A stretch of DNA of 64,000 nt from Ascidiella aspersa (lineage: Eukaryota). The stretch is from contig OZ004612.1 in NCBI GenBank assembly GCA_963924565.1, forward strand, positions 7,068,001 to 7,132,000, read 5' to 3'. The notes below the pieces were generated by a model, which saw only the letters and a list, made by a program, of their open reading frames with translations, made no database searches and was not told the origin of the DNA. Of the stretch, positions 35,701 to 49,300 are shown one piece after another. The first letter of the stretch is position 1; each line of letters opens with the position of its first letter. The translations under genes and the position numbers were made by a program.

Positions 35701-38700
35701 TGTGACTGTATAATCAGGCAATTCGATTATATCGTTAAAAATATGTACATTGTTAGACTATCTTCGATTATATTTAAAAAAATGCCGTCCAACTGAAAAC
35801 TGAAGACAAAAATATTAAGCAATATTAAACATCAAGACTAACAGGTTGGCGAAAACGTTAATGAAGACCTTACTAAAAAGTTTAAATTTACTGTGTTGCG
35901 CTAAGTGCTGTGCTTCGAATCGTGCATATTGCATTTATTTTATTTCACCGTTTGTCTTTTATAAACGGGTGTTATGGTTGCACCATTCTTTTGTCAGTTT
36001 ACATGTTGTATCTGCGAAATAACCTTACTGAATTTTATATTTGGAGTCAGCACCGACGACTTAAATGCTTACCTTTGTAGAAACATACATAATTTTTCAT
36101 CCCGTCTACTGCGTTATTCCACTTGTTTTTTTGCCATATGTGGACGTACAGTTCGTTTCGACGATCATCAGGTTGACCGCCTGACCAAAACTCCGTTGAT
36201 TTTGATACTTCGCTCCCATCAGTCCAATAATACGAACCTATTTCATCTAGAGGCGTGCTATTTTTGGCCTTTGCTCCTGGAAAAATTTAGTTAAAAATCA
36301 AATAATGTTTTTAAATAGTGTTTTTAATATATTGTTTATTTTCAGCAAAACCTTAATTTGGCGTATAATTAAGTAAACCTGCATAAAAAGCTGACTAATG
36401 GTATTTTTTTTTTATATATATTTTAGACAGGGTTGCGTTGTTTATAATTTGTCAGGGGAATATTTTGAGGAGTTAGTATTCCATGCGTGGTTTCTCAGCG
36501 TTAGTCGGCGTTAAAAATAGGTTTATTAACAAGGTTAAATTTTCGATAATTTATATTTAAATTTGGTTTGTTGGTTTAGGCTATTCCCTGACTAGCTTTG
36601 GCAAGCAAAACACATATTGGCCTTATATTTCCCACTTTTACCTATATTATGACTTATCTAATACTAAGAGGTTATGTTTGCCAAAAGATACTTTTTCAAT
36701 GGCGGTATTTCTGTAATCACTGTGCAATTTATTTTTTTTAATTTAGATTTGCAATTTTTTGAGTTTTATTTTGACCGAATTATAATTAATAGCCGATTCT
36801 TTCCTTAATTTTCAACAAAAATCAAAAATATGCATGCATCGACGGCCCCGTTAATTTCGGCTCTCCCCCATAATACGAAACTTTAGAAAGGCATTTCTAC
36901 TACATATAGTCGGCTTGATTCGTCCGCCACGCGCCGGACGGCTAACATTAATAGAGAAAAGACGTTTTATCCCTTACTAGTATTTGTGCCGTGCTTTGTA
37001 GCCGAGTGTTTATTCGATTCCTAAACAGGGTTGGAAATAGAATAATTTTTTTATCGAATCGATAAAAAATATCTTACAGATACACATCGGATATGTCGAC
37101 ACACAAATTACGTCATAACAGAGCGTCAAAAACAGACGTTCCAAAACTTTACCAAAAATTTTGCGTGAAATACCCGTTGCAATTATTTTATATTTCGCGG
37201 CCCTGCAAAAATTCAAGGGTCAGTTGACCCATGTTTCTTGTAGAACACTAGTGAAGTAACGATTATTTGTAACTAAGGTTGCAACTTTGTAACTAATGGG
37301 TACAATTCGCTAATAGCAGATAGTACAGCATAGATGCTTTATGATGTCACAATAGACATCATAAAACACGATATATCGTTGAATAATAAAGCTTAAATTA
37401 AGACAATAATGGTAACAGACAATTGTTAAAACATAGACTAATGTTCAAAAACATTCGCTATAGCCTAATGTTGAAAAACATAAAGACCAATTCTCCTTGC
37501 AGACCCCTGAAACTGCTGTACTGACCCAGTTTGGGAACAAGAAATAGCTTTATGAAAACTGAGGTTATCGCCGTAATAAACTAATATGCTAAACTAAAAC
37601 CCTAGCTTAAAGGCTTTAAGGAGGTTGTAGGCTGGCCTGGTGAAAAAGGACCAGGCCTGGTAAAAATGGAACACTTTTCTACCAACACGATATATCTAAA
37701 AATGTAGTTTACCGTAAAGCCGTCTCGGGAGTAGTGTAATTGTTTTGCCATTGAAACGAATCACAATTAACATAATGATTTTCGGGTGCTTTTTGGGGAT
37801 TGGGTTGATTCTCACGTTGGGTCAACCTCATTTTTGTCTGTTACTTGGCCATAAATTTGATACATTCTGAAATTCTTTTACGGTTTACATTTTTGTCTTC
37901 AAATGGTGACTGGTTCTAATGCGTTCGATTCCGTAATACCACGATAACCACGCGCCTTTCACTGTATTATGTTTGCTTATACACCGAGTCAACAGTGCCG
38001 TTATCATATGGACAACATCTTTAGAAGGTTTTACAGTGGCCACTTTTCACGCGATATGTCACGGTTTTCGTTACGCGAAAGATGTGTGGCGTGATTAGCT
38101 CGAATCTACAACAAATTTGTTGTTACAACGAAATATACAATAGTGATAAACAGTCAACGGCCTCATGGATTTTTAGATTTGATTTAACCATTGGGAAATC
38201 AGCTAGGATTTGCCAATTTATGAAGGCTATTGCAGAGGTTATTATTTAGTATGCCCGGGAAGCGCTAGTAATCCGGCAAGAGTTGCTTATTAAAACTCCT
38301 AATATGGTCAACGCCGGGTATTTCGTCTTATAGGTTTCTTATATCGACATATGTTGTATAGTTTTTTATCCATAAACAAAAAAATAAATTATTACACTTC
38401 AACAAAATAAACTAAAGAAAGAATTTAATTAAATATCTAAATAACTTAAGTCCAAGTTGAATTACTCATCTAAATGAGAGTCAAGTAATTCTGCCTAAAA
38501 GAGGATGGTCAATTATTTTTAAAAACAGTGACTTTGCTTAAGATTCGCTTCATTACAACACCGCTTTATGTTGACTATTTGTTGACATTTATGTTAAGCC
38601 CAAATCTTCTTACCGATCCATAGTTCATCATTTGGGTTGTACTCAGCCATGCAACTCACAAGTTCATTTTCTTGTTCGTTTTCGATTTTTGCCAATTGCC

Positions 38701-41700
38701 CGTTGTTTTTCATAGCGCATTGATTTTGGGCTTCCTCGAAATCTTTCTTATCTCGAAAAACTATGTAAAGCTTTACGACTGCTCCGTCTAAAAACAAAAA
38801 AACACGTTTAAATTACAGTTACGATCTTGCCTACTCAGACGTTATTATATAAATGTGTATTGGAGTTTTTCGGAATTTATTGTGGACAGATATTTATACT
38901 TTAAACCAGGGGTCGGCAACCTTTTTTGCACTGCGGACCGGTTTAAAACTAAAATTTTGTCGCGGACCGGCCTTAAAAAACAACAAATGTTCAGAAAAGT
39001 AAATTTATTGCAACTTTTAATGCGAAATTTATGCTTGTTTTGCCGCAAAGAGGTGCTCCCATCTAAGAATTATTGAACTTACTGAAACCCGCGGGCGGCA
39101 TCCGGCCAGCCAAACAATTTAGTTTATTCCGCAGACCGCGGCCCATTTCAATAAAACTTTTAGGCCTTCACGTTTTTTCTTAAATTAGACTTGTATATAC
39201 CATTATTGCCAATTCCTATATTCTTATCAGCTTGTCAATATAAGGATATTTAAAGCATTCTTTCAAACGAAGTCACACTTTTGTATATCATGTAATAATG
39301 TATAATCCCATTTTTGACCAGGCCCTTCAAGACACTTTTGATAGTTAGCCTACGTAATATAAAAAAAATAATAATGGAAAAAGTAGGAAACACAGACCGA
39401 CACCTGAAAAGTACAGTATAGACCTACGTATAAGGCTTGCCAGAACGATGTCAGAAAAAAAAGGCTTGTGACTTTTTTGTCATTTTTATAGAGCAGGGGT
39501 CGGCAACCTACGTCCCGCGGGCCGGATCCGGCCCACCTAAGTAATTCATCCGGCCCGTCGCCTCTTTGACAAACTAGACACGAGTCTATACTATTTTAAC
39601 TACGTTAATGCGATAAATTTTCGCGCTTTGCGCGAATGATCTCAAAAACCGGTAAGTTTACATTTTGATACTGTCTTTTAAATAGATCAGCGCTTTACCG
39701 TTGCGGCGTGGAAGGCTGGCAAGTGCGCCGCGGTCAAACGGAAAACGAAATTTTTTGACATATATTTTATTATTTTTGGCAGTGTAATAAATTCTTGCGA
39801 AAAATTTCAAAGAAACACCGGTATAACAAAAAAAAACGCGCTCGTTTCGCTCGCCACGTACGCCCAGACTTAAAAATTTAGCAAATACTGATAGATTAAC
39901 CAATAAAGTTATCGCGTTTTTCAAAGTAGTTTTATTACACTTTTCATTAATAGTATTCATGAACAAGTGTGGACTCGAATCTTACATCAAACAAACTCTT
40001 TTTTTCTCGCTTTGTGCCAACACATTTTTGTCTCCTTAAATGTAATTAAACACATCTTGAAGTGCAAAGCAAATCCGAAAACCACCTGATTAAAAGTTGT
40101 TCTAACATTTTAATCACACATTTCTTAGTTAACTTTTTGTGCGGCCCGCAGAGACCTTTCTGAGTTTGGTTTTGGCCCGCGACTAGAAAAAGGTTGCCGA
40201 CCCCTGTTATAGAGTCTACATTACAACTATAGAGGCTAAAACTAATTAATATACATACGTTTTCTCGAAAACTTTCCTGCTTAAATATCAAAATAATAAA
40301 TTATTTCAATATGGGGCATTAGTTTATGAACATTTTTTGCATGAAATTCTGTTGTACTTTAAGGTGAGCACGCTTAAAATTAAATCACATGATATTTTAG
40401 CCAATTTTTCGTTATATTCTAAGTACTAGAAGTAGATTTTGTAATAAAAATTTGCATTATGGATGTTGTCAACGTTCTATGTACCGCATATGGCCAGGAC
40501 ACACTAGTTGTTTTGTACCTCACGAGAGCTTACTACTAATTTGGATTTTTTATCATACCAAACAACCATGGACTTATAGTCTATATTAGAACGAAGTTAA
40601 ATGTGTTTTAAATACTTTTTTAGGTTTTATGTACTGTTCGTGTTTAAACAAAATTTTAATCTGACAACCCTGCTACGGACCGGTAGCCAACTCCTCGCGG
40701 ACCAATACCGGTCCGCGGACCGGCATTTGCCGACCATTGCTTTAAATGATTGCTATGCATAGATTCTTTGTTAAATGAAATTCCCAAATAAAATATGAAT
40801 ATATCATACCTTGAAGTTGCTCTGGGTTGTTTTCGTAGTTGTTCGTAAAACACAATTCATATCGTGTTAAGGATTCAACTTCGAAGGTTGTACCTTTACA
40901 TAATGTTTTTGTTTGTATGTTTTCAGAAGTTACTTTAAAAGGTGGCCAAGTATGGCGAAAAAATAAGCATGGCCTCATTGCGCATTGTACACGTTTGCCA
41001 TTTTTTCGTGTTCCGAAATACATTTTAATCATAGAATATTAAACACTGTTTTCGAATTTGAGCTTTTATGCAAATTGTATGCAAAATGTGTCTTCTGATG
41101 TTTAATGTTATATGGAGAACATTAAAAACCTTTAGAGATTTAGGTGAAAAGTTACTCTTTTTTTTACACAATAAGAGAAGCTAATGTATAGAATATTTTC
41201 CGCATTTGACGTATTTTAAAATAAAACACTCTCTTTTTTTCTTCAGCTGCATTGAATATATTTTAGTTGTCGTTTTATTCATTTTTTTGTTGGTGTGCTG
41301 CCACAAATGTTACTTCCTGTTAGTATGCTGCCGGTTAAAAAGTTGTGCTTGGTTCCCAATCATATAGGTAAAGGCAGCCAATTTTACAGTTTCGTTTCAA
41401 ATAACAAGGGATAATTTAATTTAAACTGTGTTATTACCCTGGCTATTTAGTAACCAGTAAACCAGTATTAAACTAAAAAGCGTTTCAAACCTATAAACTA
41501 TGACATTCGATTTGAAATGCGTATAGCCACGGTGCAAATCTTTCTAAATTATTAAAAATAACGTCATCCTTCTGAAGACATATTTCTTTCTTGCAAACGG
41601 TTCTAATTGGTTAAACTTGCTGATACCCTTGCCTAATCATTAAGTGTCCGACAAATGCTGTTCGGCGAGCAACTAGTGTGCAATGCCAGGTGCAACGGTT

Positions 41701-42742
41701 TCGCAATTTCCTTTAAAAACGTGCAGTTGCAAAAAAAGGTTCCATCGTAAAAAGCGTAAAGCAGTGGTCGGCAAACTGAGGGCCGCGGAGCAATTTTTAG
41801 TGGGCCGCTTGATAGTCGTACAATCCTACATTAACTACTCTTGATTTTAAAATTGGTGTTGAATAGAATTTTTAAATTGGCTCAGCTTGGAAAGGCCCGT
41901 GTGCCAAAAGTGGTCCTGAGGGCCAACTATATTTTTTGCCAACTTAAACTGTATGTAATTCATTTTTTTTCGCCCCCATGACAGTCTTTTGGGAACCAAG
42001 CGCCGTGTTATATTTCATCTTAATATCAAATGGTTTTACGTGGGCCTTCAACAGCCCGGAAAAGAGTACTTTGGGCCGCAACAAAAAACGTTTGCCGACC
42101 ACTGGCATAAAGTATGCTACAGGGTTATTCAAGGTCATTTTTAGGCCAACATTCAGCGGTTCATGCCCACCTTTTTGCCAAGTAGGCTTATAGTAACGCA
42201 TTAATAAATGGAAAATCGAGAAATCAGCTCGACGAATGTAGTAACTTCGCTTGACTCAGTACAAAACAAAGTCGAATATAAAAAATAACCAGCCGGCGTC
42301 GAAGAACAAGATTTGTAATGACTAACTAAGTTAATTTAAATTAAAATGTCTTATTTGTACAATTTAAAAGTAAGTGCAGTTATTCGTTAGATTAATGTCT
42401 GTATTTGATAATAACGTGAAGAAGTAAAACAAGGAAATACGTTAAACACAATGCTTCGTATATTTTTAAGCAGGGGGCCACGATGGTTAAGAACCTTCCA
42501 AAGGGGGCCACGAAGCATAAAAGGTTGAGAACCACTGTTCAAGGCGATCGGTTTAAAAACGTTAAGGATTTTACCAATATTTTACACATAAGAGTGTGAA
42601 AACGTTTGCCTGAAGTATACCGACCTTTCACTTGAACTTTCCCGTTTTCTTCGATGACCACTGCTGCTTTCTTGGCTAACACCGAAGTCAATAAACAAAC
42701 CACAGCGTAAAACGTCAACCGACTTATCCAAAAATTTGTCAT
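29701..42742 (-). CDS. Adhesion GPCR copy 3 (divergent type-C CTLD with QPD/WNN motifs + GAIN/GPS + 7TM + tail), ~1032 aa, apparently intact
   Basis: Exons 42625-42742, 38614-38787, 36073-36276, 35523-35579, 35075-35340, 33963-34235, 32252-32483, 31283-31780, 29701-30977; total 3099 nt, in frame, with the same phases as the other copies. Confidence 0.85.
35523..35579 (-). CDS. 57-nt linker exon 4 of copy 3 (ATFFHIVGDDSYNDICFKL); homologs at 11462-11518, 24190-24246, 53290-53346
   Basis: GACAG|CG acceptor and TTGG|GTGAGT donor; conserved DDSxNDIC and identical length in all copies although the flanking introns differ. Confidence 0.85.
36073..36276 (-). CDS. Exon 3 of copy 3: C-terminal half of the CTLD (not in the ORF track)
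   Basis: TTTTTCCAG|GA acceptor, AAAG|GTAAGC donor; GAKAKNSTPLDEIGSYYWTDGSEVSKSTEFWSGGQPDDRRNELYVHIWQKNKWNNAVDGMKNYVCFYK. Confidence 0.88.
38907..40739. mobile_element. Older hAT (Charlie-like) non-autonomous element in intron 1 of copy 3, hosting a nested MITE
   Basis: Left end CAGGGGTCGGCAACC; right end TTTGCCGACCATTG; flanks CTTTAAAC / CTTTAAAT (7/8); GC-rich CCGCGG/GGACC subterminal motifs. Confidence 0.55.
39494..40206. mobile_element. 713-bp hAT (Charlie-like) MITE with perfect TIR and TSD
   Basis: TIR CAGGGGTCGGCAACCT / AGGTTGCCGACCCCTG; identical 8-bp TSD TTATAGAG on both sides; subterminal GGCCCGC motifs. Confidence 0.92.
41762..42104. mobile_element. 343-bp hAT (Charlie-like) MITE
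   Basis: TIR CAGTGGTCGGCAAAC / GTTTGCCGACCACTG; flanks GCGTAAAG / GCATAAAG (7/8). Confidence 0.88.
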
Positions 42743-44790
42743 TGTTTGCACTATACTCTCTCCTAAAAGTGATGCACACACGAAACTACAGTTGTAAATT
42801 AAAATTACTGCTTCTGGCTGGGCAAATTGCAATTAACGCTATTTATCCCGACCAACAATAAAACAAAGTATTAATAGATCGATTGACAGAAATTAAAAAG
42901 ACTAAAATCGCTGCCCTTTTTATATTTTACAATAAATAAATATAATAAACAGAAAATGTAACTAAAAATGCGTTTAAATTAGTCAGTGGTTTTTGAAGTG
43001 TATTTCGCGACATACAAGTTTACCACGAGTGATTTAAAGTGTGCCACGAAAACATAATTGCTTCACAAATGCTGAAACACTCAGGCATGTGAAACTCCCG
43101 TTTAACAACTGTTGTCAAAGCCACCAAAATCTTGCCATTGGTATTTTCGTTTCTCTCTAAATATATTTTGTTCTGCAAAGTTGAAGTGATATGAGTCAAC
43201 GACCTGAAATAAGTGCACTCAAGTCACTGGTTTAAAATGACTTAACCAGACTTAAGTACATTAGGAAAACGGTCTTTTTTGACAAATGACTGTCTTAGAT
43301 TGAAGTAATTTTAAAAATAGTTTGTAAAATTTGGTCAGTTTTTCACACAATGTCAGCTTTTAAAACAATTTTCTCGCTAAATGTTTATTTTTCGGTTATT
43401 ATTTATTTAAAACATTGTTTAGGACCGCGTTTCTAAAAGTGTCTGTTTACTTCTTGTTGGCGTGGAATAGTTTTAGGAGGTCCATGAAGGCCTGATTGAA
43501 ACCTAAAATAATAATTTAGAATGTAATGACTTTTACAAAAGAAAAAAGATTAATTTAAAATCTGCTTTGGCTTTTCCTTAAAAGTATTAAAAGTATATTT
43601 AATTTGCTATTTGAGTCCGACCTGAAACAACAAGTCTACCTGTTTAATGACGTCATATTTGAAAACATTTTTGCCGACCCTGGTTCAACAGAACCAAAAA
43701 GCAGTTTTAGAGTTCCGCGCTAAAAAAAACGTGTAAGCACCAAAGGGTTAGGATCAAACGATTGAACCAGTTTATTATAGTTTAATTTTTTATTTGAAAT
43801 CAAATGATTTGATTTGGATTTGAGTTGTTGTGATGATAAGAATTTGGACAGGGACTTGATTTGCTATATTTCGCAAATGAATTTACTTAACTTGAATTAT
43901 TTTTTGCAAATTAGTTGACTGAGACTTTTAACCACCTCTTTACCACACTGCTGACCTGAATAATATTAACAAAACAACCATAGACAATTAGTGCAATTGT
44001 CAAACAAATCCGGCGTGCTTGGCAACAACGGAAACTCATTGATTATCTTGTTTACTGCAAAAAATATTTGCTTCGCATAGAAAATATGCGCTAAGTGAGC
44101 CGCAAGCTGGATAACTTTGAAAACCTTTTGTGTTTGCTTAGTGAAGACTGAGTTATAGTCCTGTTACGCATTGGCCAAGTTTATCAACTGGTCAGGTGGA
44201 TCATTTGCTGATGTCTTTCTTCGCATCCCTACCCTGGCGGTACCCGTTGCTCAACGGTATAACAACAGGAAACGACTTTATCTTGCATGGCGCAATGTAC
44301 CTTAGACTTCAAAAACAAACAGCAGAACCTAACTATAACTTCTTCTTATTTGCTCAGGAATATCGCAATACCCTTTTCTCAATGTTCATTGTTTTTTTTC
44401 AAATTTAATTGCTTAGAAAGGGTTTGTTTCTGGGATCTAAATTAGGTATTAAACTTTTGAAAGCTGATTCTTTGGGTGTAAATTATTCAGGCACGATAAC
44501 CGATTTATCCTACCTGTCTTAAAGATGGTGAAATTAACAATACCTTCATTATTATGCTATTGATAGCGTTCTTTCAGCCAGAACGGCGTCTATTTTAATG
44601 TGAAGCAATGTACAACAAACGTTAACTTCCGAGGAAAATTCTGGAAAAAAAAAACGATTCTACCTTCTCCGTATTCTGCTGTATAGGAATATTCCAATCA
44701 CACATTGCCAGATATTTGTGTCCATTAATCTGTTCAAAATTTTATTTTTAAAATTTTTATTTTTTAGAGATGTGAGACAATATAGGATAG
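41903..44790. repeat. Second copy of the type-C 5' region and spacer (matches 1 to ~2900; offset ~41.9 kb)
   Basis: Near-identical sequence at offset 41897 (for example the ORF-track entries 642-935 and 42539-42832 are identical). Confidence 0.92.
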
Positions 44791-46328
44791 GACTAGTAGT
44801 GATAAATAAAATAGTATATAATTCATAGGTTTCCAATTGCTAAGCAATTTGCTAGCCTGTCGACTTGGTAAATATGCCGTTTGTAGGTTTCTATTTCATC
44901 AATTGTCCTTTTCTTACCATAGTAAGGTCATATGGTAATAACGGATCTGTGTTATTTTTACCCCAATCCATATAAACAAACCTTACACATATATGCTTGG
45001 TACTAATCGATACCTTGACTTTTACTTCTGACATGGTAATGTAGGGACGAACTGTTAGTATTTATTAGTAAGACCTAAAAATCTTACACCTTAAAATAGC
45101 TTAAAGTTACAAACAGGCTAAAAACAACCTACAAATTATAGAGACTGATAATATTTTAGCTTTAATTTTTGGTATTATTTTCGTTTGTAAGCATGAAACA
45201 CTTTTGAGCGGGAAGCAAATCAATACAAAGTGAAACACCTCGGGAAAAATAACAACAATCAACGACAAAAAGTAAATATAATAAACATAGAAAAAGTCAT
45301 CGAACCTATGATAGGATATAGTGTAAGTGTCACTGGAATGCTTATACATAAAAAAGCATTGGCCCAACGTTTAAACGATCACATAGGATTCAACGAGCAG
45401 AATAAAAGAACAAAAAAAGAAAAAAATCAAATGAGTAATTACATTAGTTTTCACACAATATAACGGAATAAAAACAAATAGTCAAGAAGAAAGTAAAAAG
45501 TGCCAATTTATCGTGCTATACAACTCAAGTTAAAAGACATGCTCCCAATGCTATTATTTCAAAATTAGTCTTAGTTAACTCTGATATTTGAGCGTAACGC
45601 ATATGCTATATAGCCGAACCGAAAACGCCCCTATTTTGCTCCGTGTGATTTGAGCATTAAATTATCTGAGGTACATTTTAAAGAGGTACACGAAGAAATA
45701 ATACAGTAATCGAAATTAATGAGCAATACTGCAATCAATATTCGTTGTAAATTAAAATGCACTGTAAAGAACAAAAGTGGACAAATGTAAAAATTAAGGC
45801 AAGTTACAACTAACACATTTATGAAGAAGCAAAATTAAAATGCTATACGAAAATACTTCGAAAACTTTAACAAGAAATGACCACCATTCCTGGGTTACCA
45901 TTGGGTCGCTATACTCCAAAGGTAGCCTAATGCAAAAAATCATCACTTTAAAAAATGTAGACTGGAGTTTATGTACCATATAGCTCTAAATAAGTTTTAC
46001 CGAGTTTCTTTATCTTACAGATAATACTAAATGAAGTATATTATTTAACGTGTCTCTTTAGTTGTCATATTGATTCACACAATTATAACAACTGTATAAA
46101 AAGTGGTATATTGGAAACAAAAGGTAGGATTTAAATCACGCAATAGTTCTGGGTGAGCACATAGACACCAAAATGCTCCTGCAAATAACGATCTGAATAG
46201 CTGCGCTTTTATCGCACCGGTTTGACAAGAGCCGATTTATACCATTAGAATTACGGATGGCCCAGGTATTGTCTATCGCGATCAACTTTCAACCTCAGAC
46301 GCAATTGTTAATATTCGCATTCAATTGT

Positions 46329-49300
46329 TCACTTGCTATACTTAGAAGTCTTTATATTCTGCTGCCCTCCGTTTAGTGTTTTGCTTACGTTACCCGTTTG
46401 ATAAACTTGCAGCCCTTTTATTTGGGCTATTTTTCTTTCGTTAGCAGTTCTGTTTTCGCTAGCCATCCTGTTTTCTAGGATCATCTTGCTGATGTTAGCC
46501 ATCTTAATTTCGTCAGTCCTCTTGCTTTGTTGAAGGTCACTCTTGCTTTTCTGAGATGTGGTGATTTTTTGAGTCACCTTGTTTTCCAGAAGTGTTTTTT
46601 CATCGTTCAACACTTTTCTGTCGCCATTCTTCTTTTTTTCAAAGGCCACCAGGCTTTTCTGGGACATAATTCTGTCGTGGGCCATATCGTTTTGCTTGTC
46701 CCTCTTACTTCCATAAGCCGTCTGGCTTTCTTGGACAATCTTCCTTGTATGGGCCATCTTGCTTTCCTGAGTAATTGTTCCTTCTTCGATTATTCTGTTT
46801 CGCCGGGAACCACTATTGTCTTCCTGAGATGCAGTTCTTTTCCGAGTCATCTTGTTTCCGTGAAACCTCTTTATTTGGTCAGTCATTTTGCTCTTGTGAG
46901 CCATCTGAGTTTTCTGGTTGTCGTGAGTCACATCTTCTTTCTGGTCATGCTGGTTTTCGTAGGACATCTTGCTTTCTTGTACAATCTTGTTTATGTGAGC
47001 CATCTTGCTTTCGTGGGCCATTTTTCTTTCGTGTGACTCCGTGGTTTCGTGAGCCACTTTTCGTTCGTGTATCATCCTGCTATCGTGCGCCATTTTCCTT
47101 TCGTGCGACATATTACTTTTGTCAGCACTTTGAATTTCTTGAACTACCTTGCTCACTTGAGCCTTATTACCTTCGTGAACTTTTTCGCTTCTCGGAGATG
47201 TTTTTCTCATTTCCGCCATCTTGATTTCTTTGACTATCTTGCTTCCGTGAGCCGTCTGTCTTTTGTCAGAAACTTTTCGTACGTGAGCCGTTGTACTTCC
47301 GCGAGACATCTCGTTTTGCTGGTCAATCTTACTTGCATAAGCCTTTCTGCTTTCGTGAGCCATCTTTCTTATATGATCCATATTGCTTTCCGACGATGCC
47401 TTGCTTTCCGTAACCATGTTGTTTTCCTTGGTAGACTTTGAACCGAATCTTTCTTTTGCCTTTCTATTTGACCTTGTAAATCGAAGTCGGTCAACAATCG
47501 CGTGCCGGACCTCACTGTTAAACACCGCGTAGACCAGAAGCAAAAAGAATCCTTGCAGTCCGTTCACCACAGTCGAAAGATAGATAAACACGTTGGACGT
47601 TCCTAAAAAAATGACGTTGGGCACTGTTACTTAATTTTAAGGCAATTTACCGCTTCCCTATCGAATACTAGTGTGCTAAAATAAACAAGGAAATTAAATG
47701 CATGCATGGTATTATTGAACGACCAACCATAAAAATACGACAAATGTAATTCAAGGTTGAAAATTACCCTGAGGACACCAAGTAAGCAACCGTGTAAACT
47801 AGATATCGGGTCCGAAAGGTTTAACTAGATGCGAGGACAACCTTAAAATAAATGCTTTAAACAGACCAATCTAGTTCAAATGTAGGCCTATAGCGCGAAA
47901 TTTACCAGCAAGGAAGAGTACAGCCCACGGAATTCCAAGCGCAGGAAGCAGCATAAGCATGGCTCGGAGTCCGGCTTTGACGTGGATCAGGTTGTTTCCC
48001 ATCAGTGGATTGTTGTCCTCGCTACGTTGGGCGACCGGCCTTAGCTTTTCCTCGGCTTTGCTCATTGCGTACACAAAGCAACTGACTTTGAGCAAGATGG
48101 CAAGATTTACGATTGCAATGGCAGCGAGGGGAATTATGACGCCGATCAGAAGGATTCCCGAATCTCGACTTAGCCAGCATTGAGCGTAATTGGCCGTTAT
48201 ATTCGGTTTAAAAGCCACCAGCGGTTCGTCCATGTAGATGTCGTTGAAGAAACCGTAAACTGTTGTTGCGATCACCGCTGCACAGGGAAAGAGCCAACCG
48301 GATGCAAGAAGGCCGAACCTTACGCTTCTGGAGGAGCCGAGACGAAGAGCGAAGTCGGAAGTTTTTAGGAAGATGTTCACGCCCTCCACCAACATCCAGG
48401 CTCCTTAAGAGACAAGGCAAATTAGCAACATTTGTTAATGGTACATTTTACGGTTTAAATGTGGTTGTCCACGCCTGACAAATGATTAGTTTTTACCATA
48501 CGTAACAACTTATACTTACTGCAAATAGTTTAACTGAATATTAGTAATCTATAAAGTTCATTTTATCTAAAGCTATGAGGTAAAACTAATTCAAATAATC
48601 AAATGGAAGACCCATAAATTAGATACCAAACCAACGTTCAAAAAAGCGCAAAACGGAGCAGTTATTAAACAACTTATTTATTCTGCAATAAGCTATGTTT
48701 AACATAATGAAATTTACTGAACATTAAAGTTAAATTCAATTTATTTAAAAATTGCCAAATGATTTCAGGTAAAAAAAACTTGCGTTACAGCCACAATTCC
48801 CCGATTCAACTGTCTGGGCGAATGGGTGTTAATTGCAACATTTGCGTTATGTTCTAAATTGAGGTTTTCCTTCACCTGAACTCAGCATTGCGAAATGCTG
48901 CGCGACCGCCAACACCTGACAAGCAAGTTGGTCGTCCAAGGCAAAGTCGTGAAGCAAGTTGCCCAAATGCAACAGCAATAGGCAAGCGGCCAGGTGTATC
49001 TGCACAACGGTTCGGCCGCTTTTGACCTTTCGTTTAGCCACAAGCAAAGCAATGATCGTCAGTACGAGTGAGAAAGAAGAAACGCAGCCGGTGACGTAAC
49101 CGAGAATCTGTGTACAGCAAAAAATTAGTAAAAAAGCAACTAATGGTCAACTCGCTCTTTTGTGGTTGATCCACGCCAGTTCATTTCAATCAGAGGCATT
49201 TTAAGGTAAGCGGGGATTCGTTTGGCAGACAAAAAATCTAAAAATTCATGAAAACCCCAAACCGCCATTTACATGCCTAATGCATATCACATGACAAAAT

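Noticed and set aside
37490-38330. Possible DNA-transposon relics in intron 2 of copy 3 (GGCCTGGT(G)AAAAA direct repeat, GACCC..TTTGGGAAC motif)
   Set aside because: No paired TIRs, TSD or coding remnant could be established by eye.
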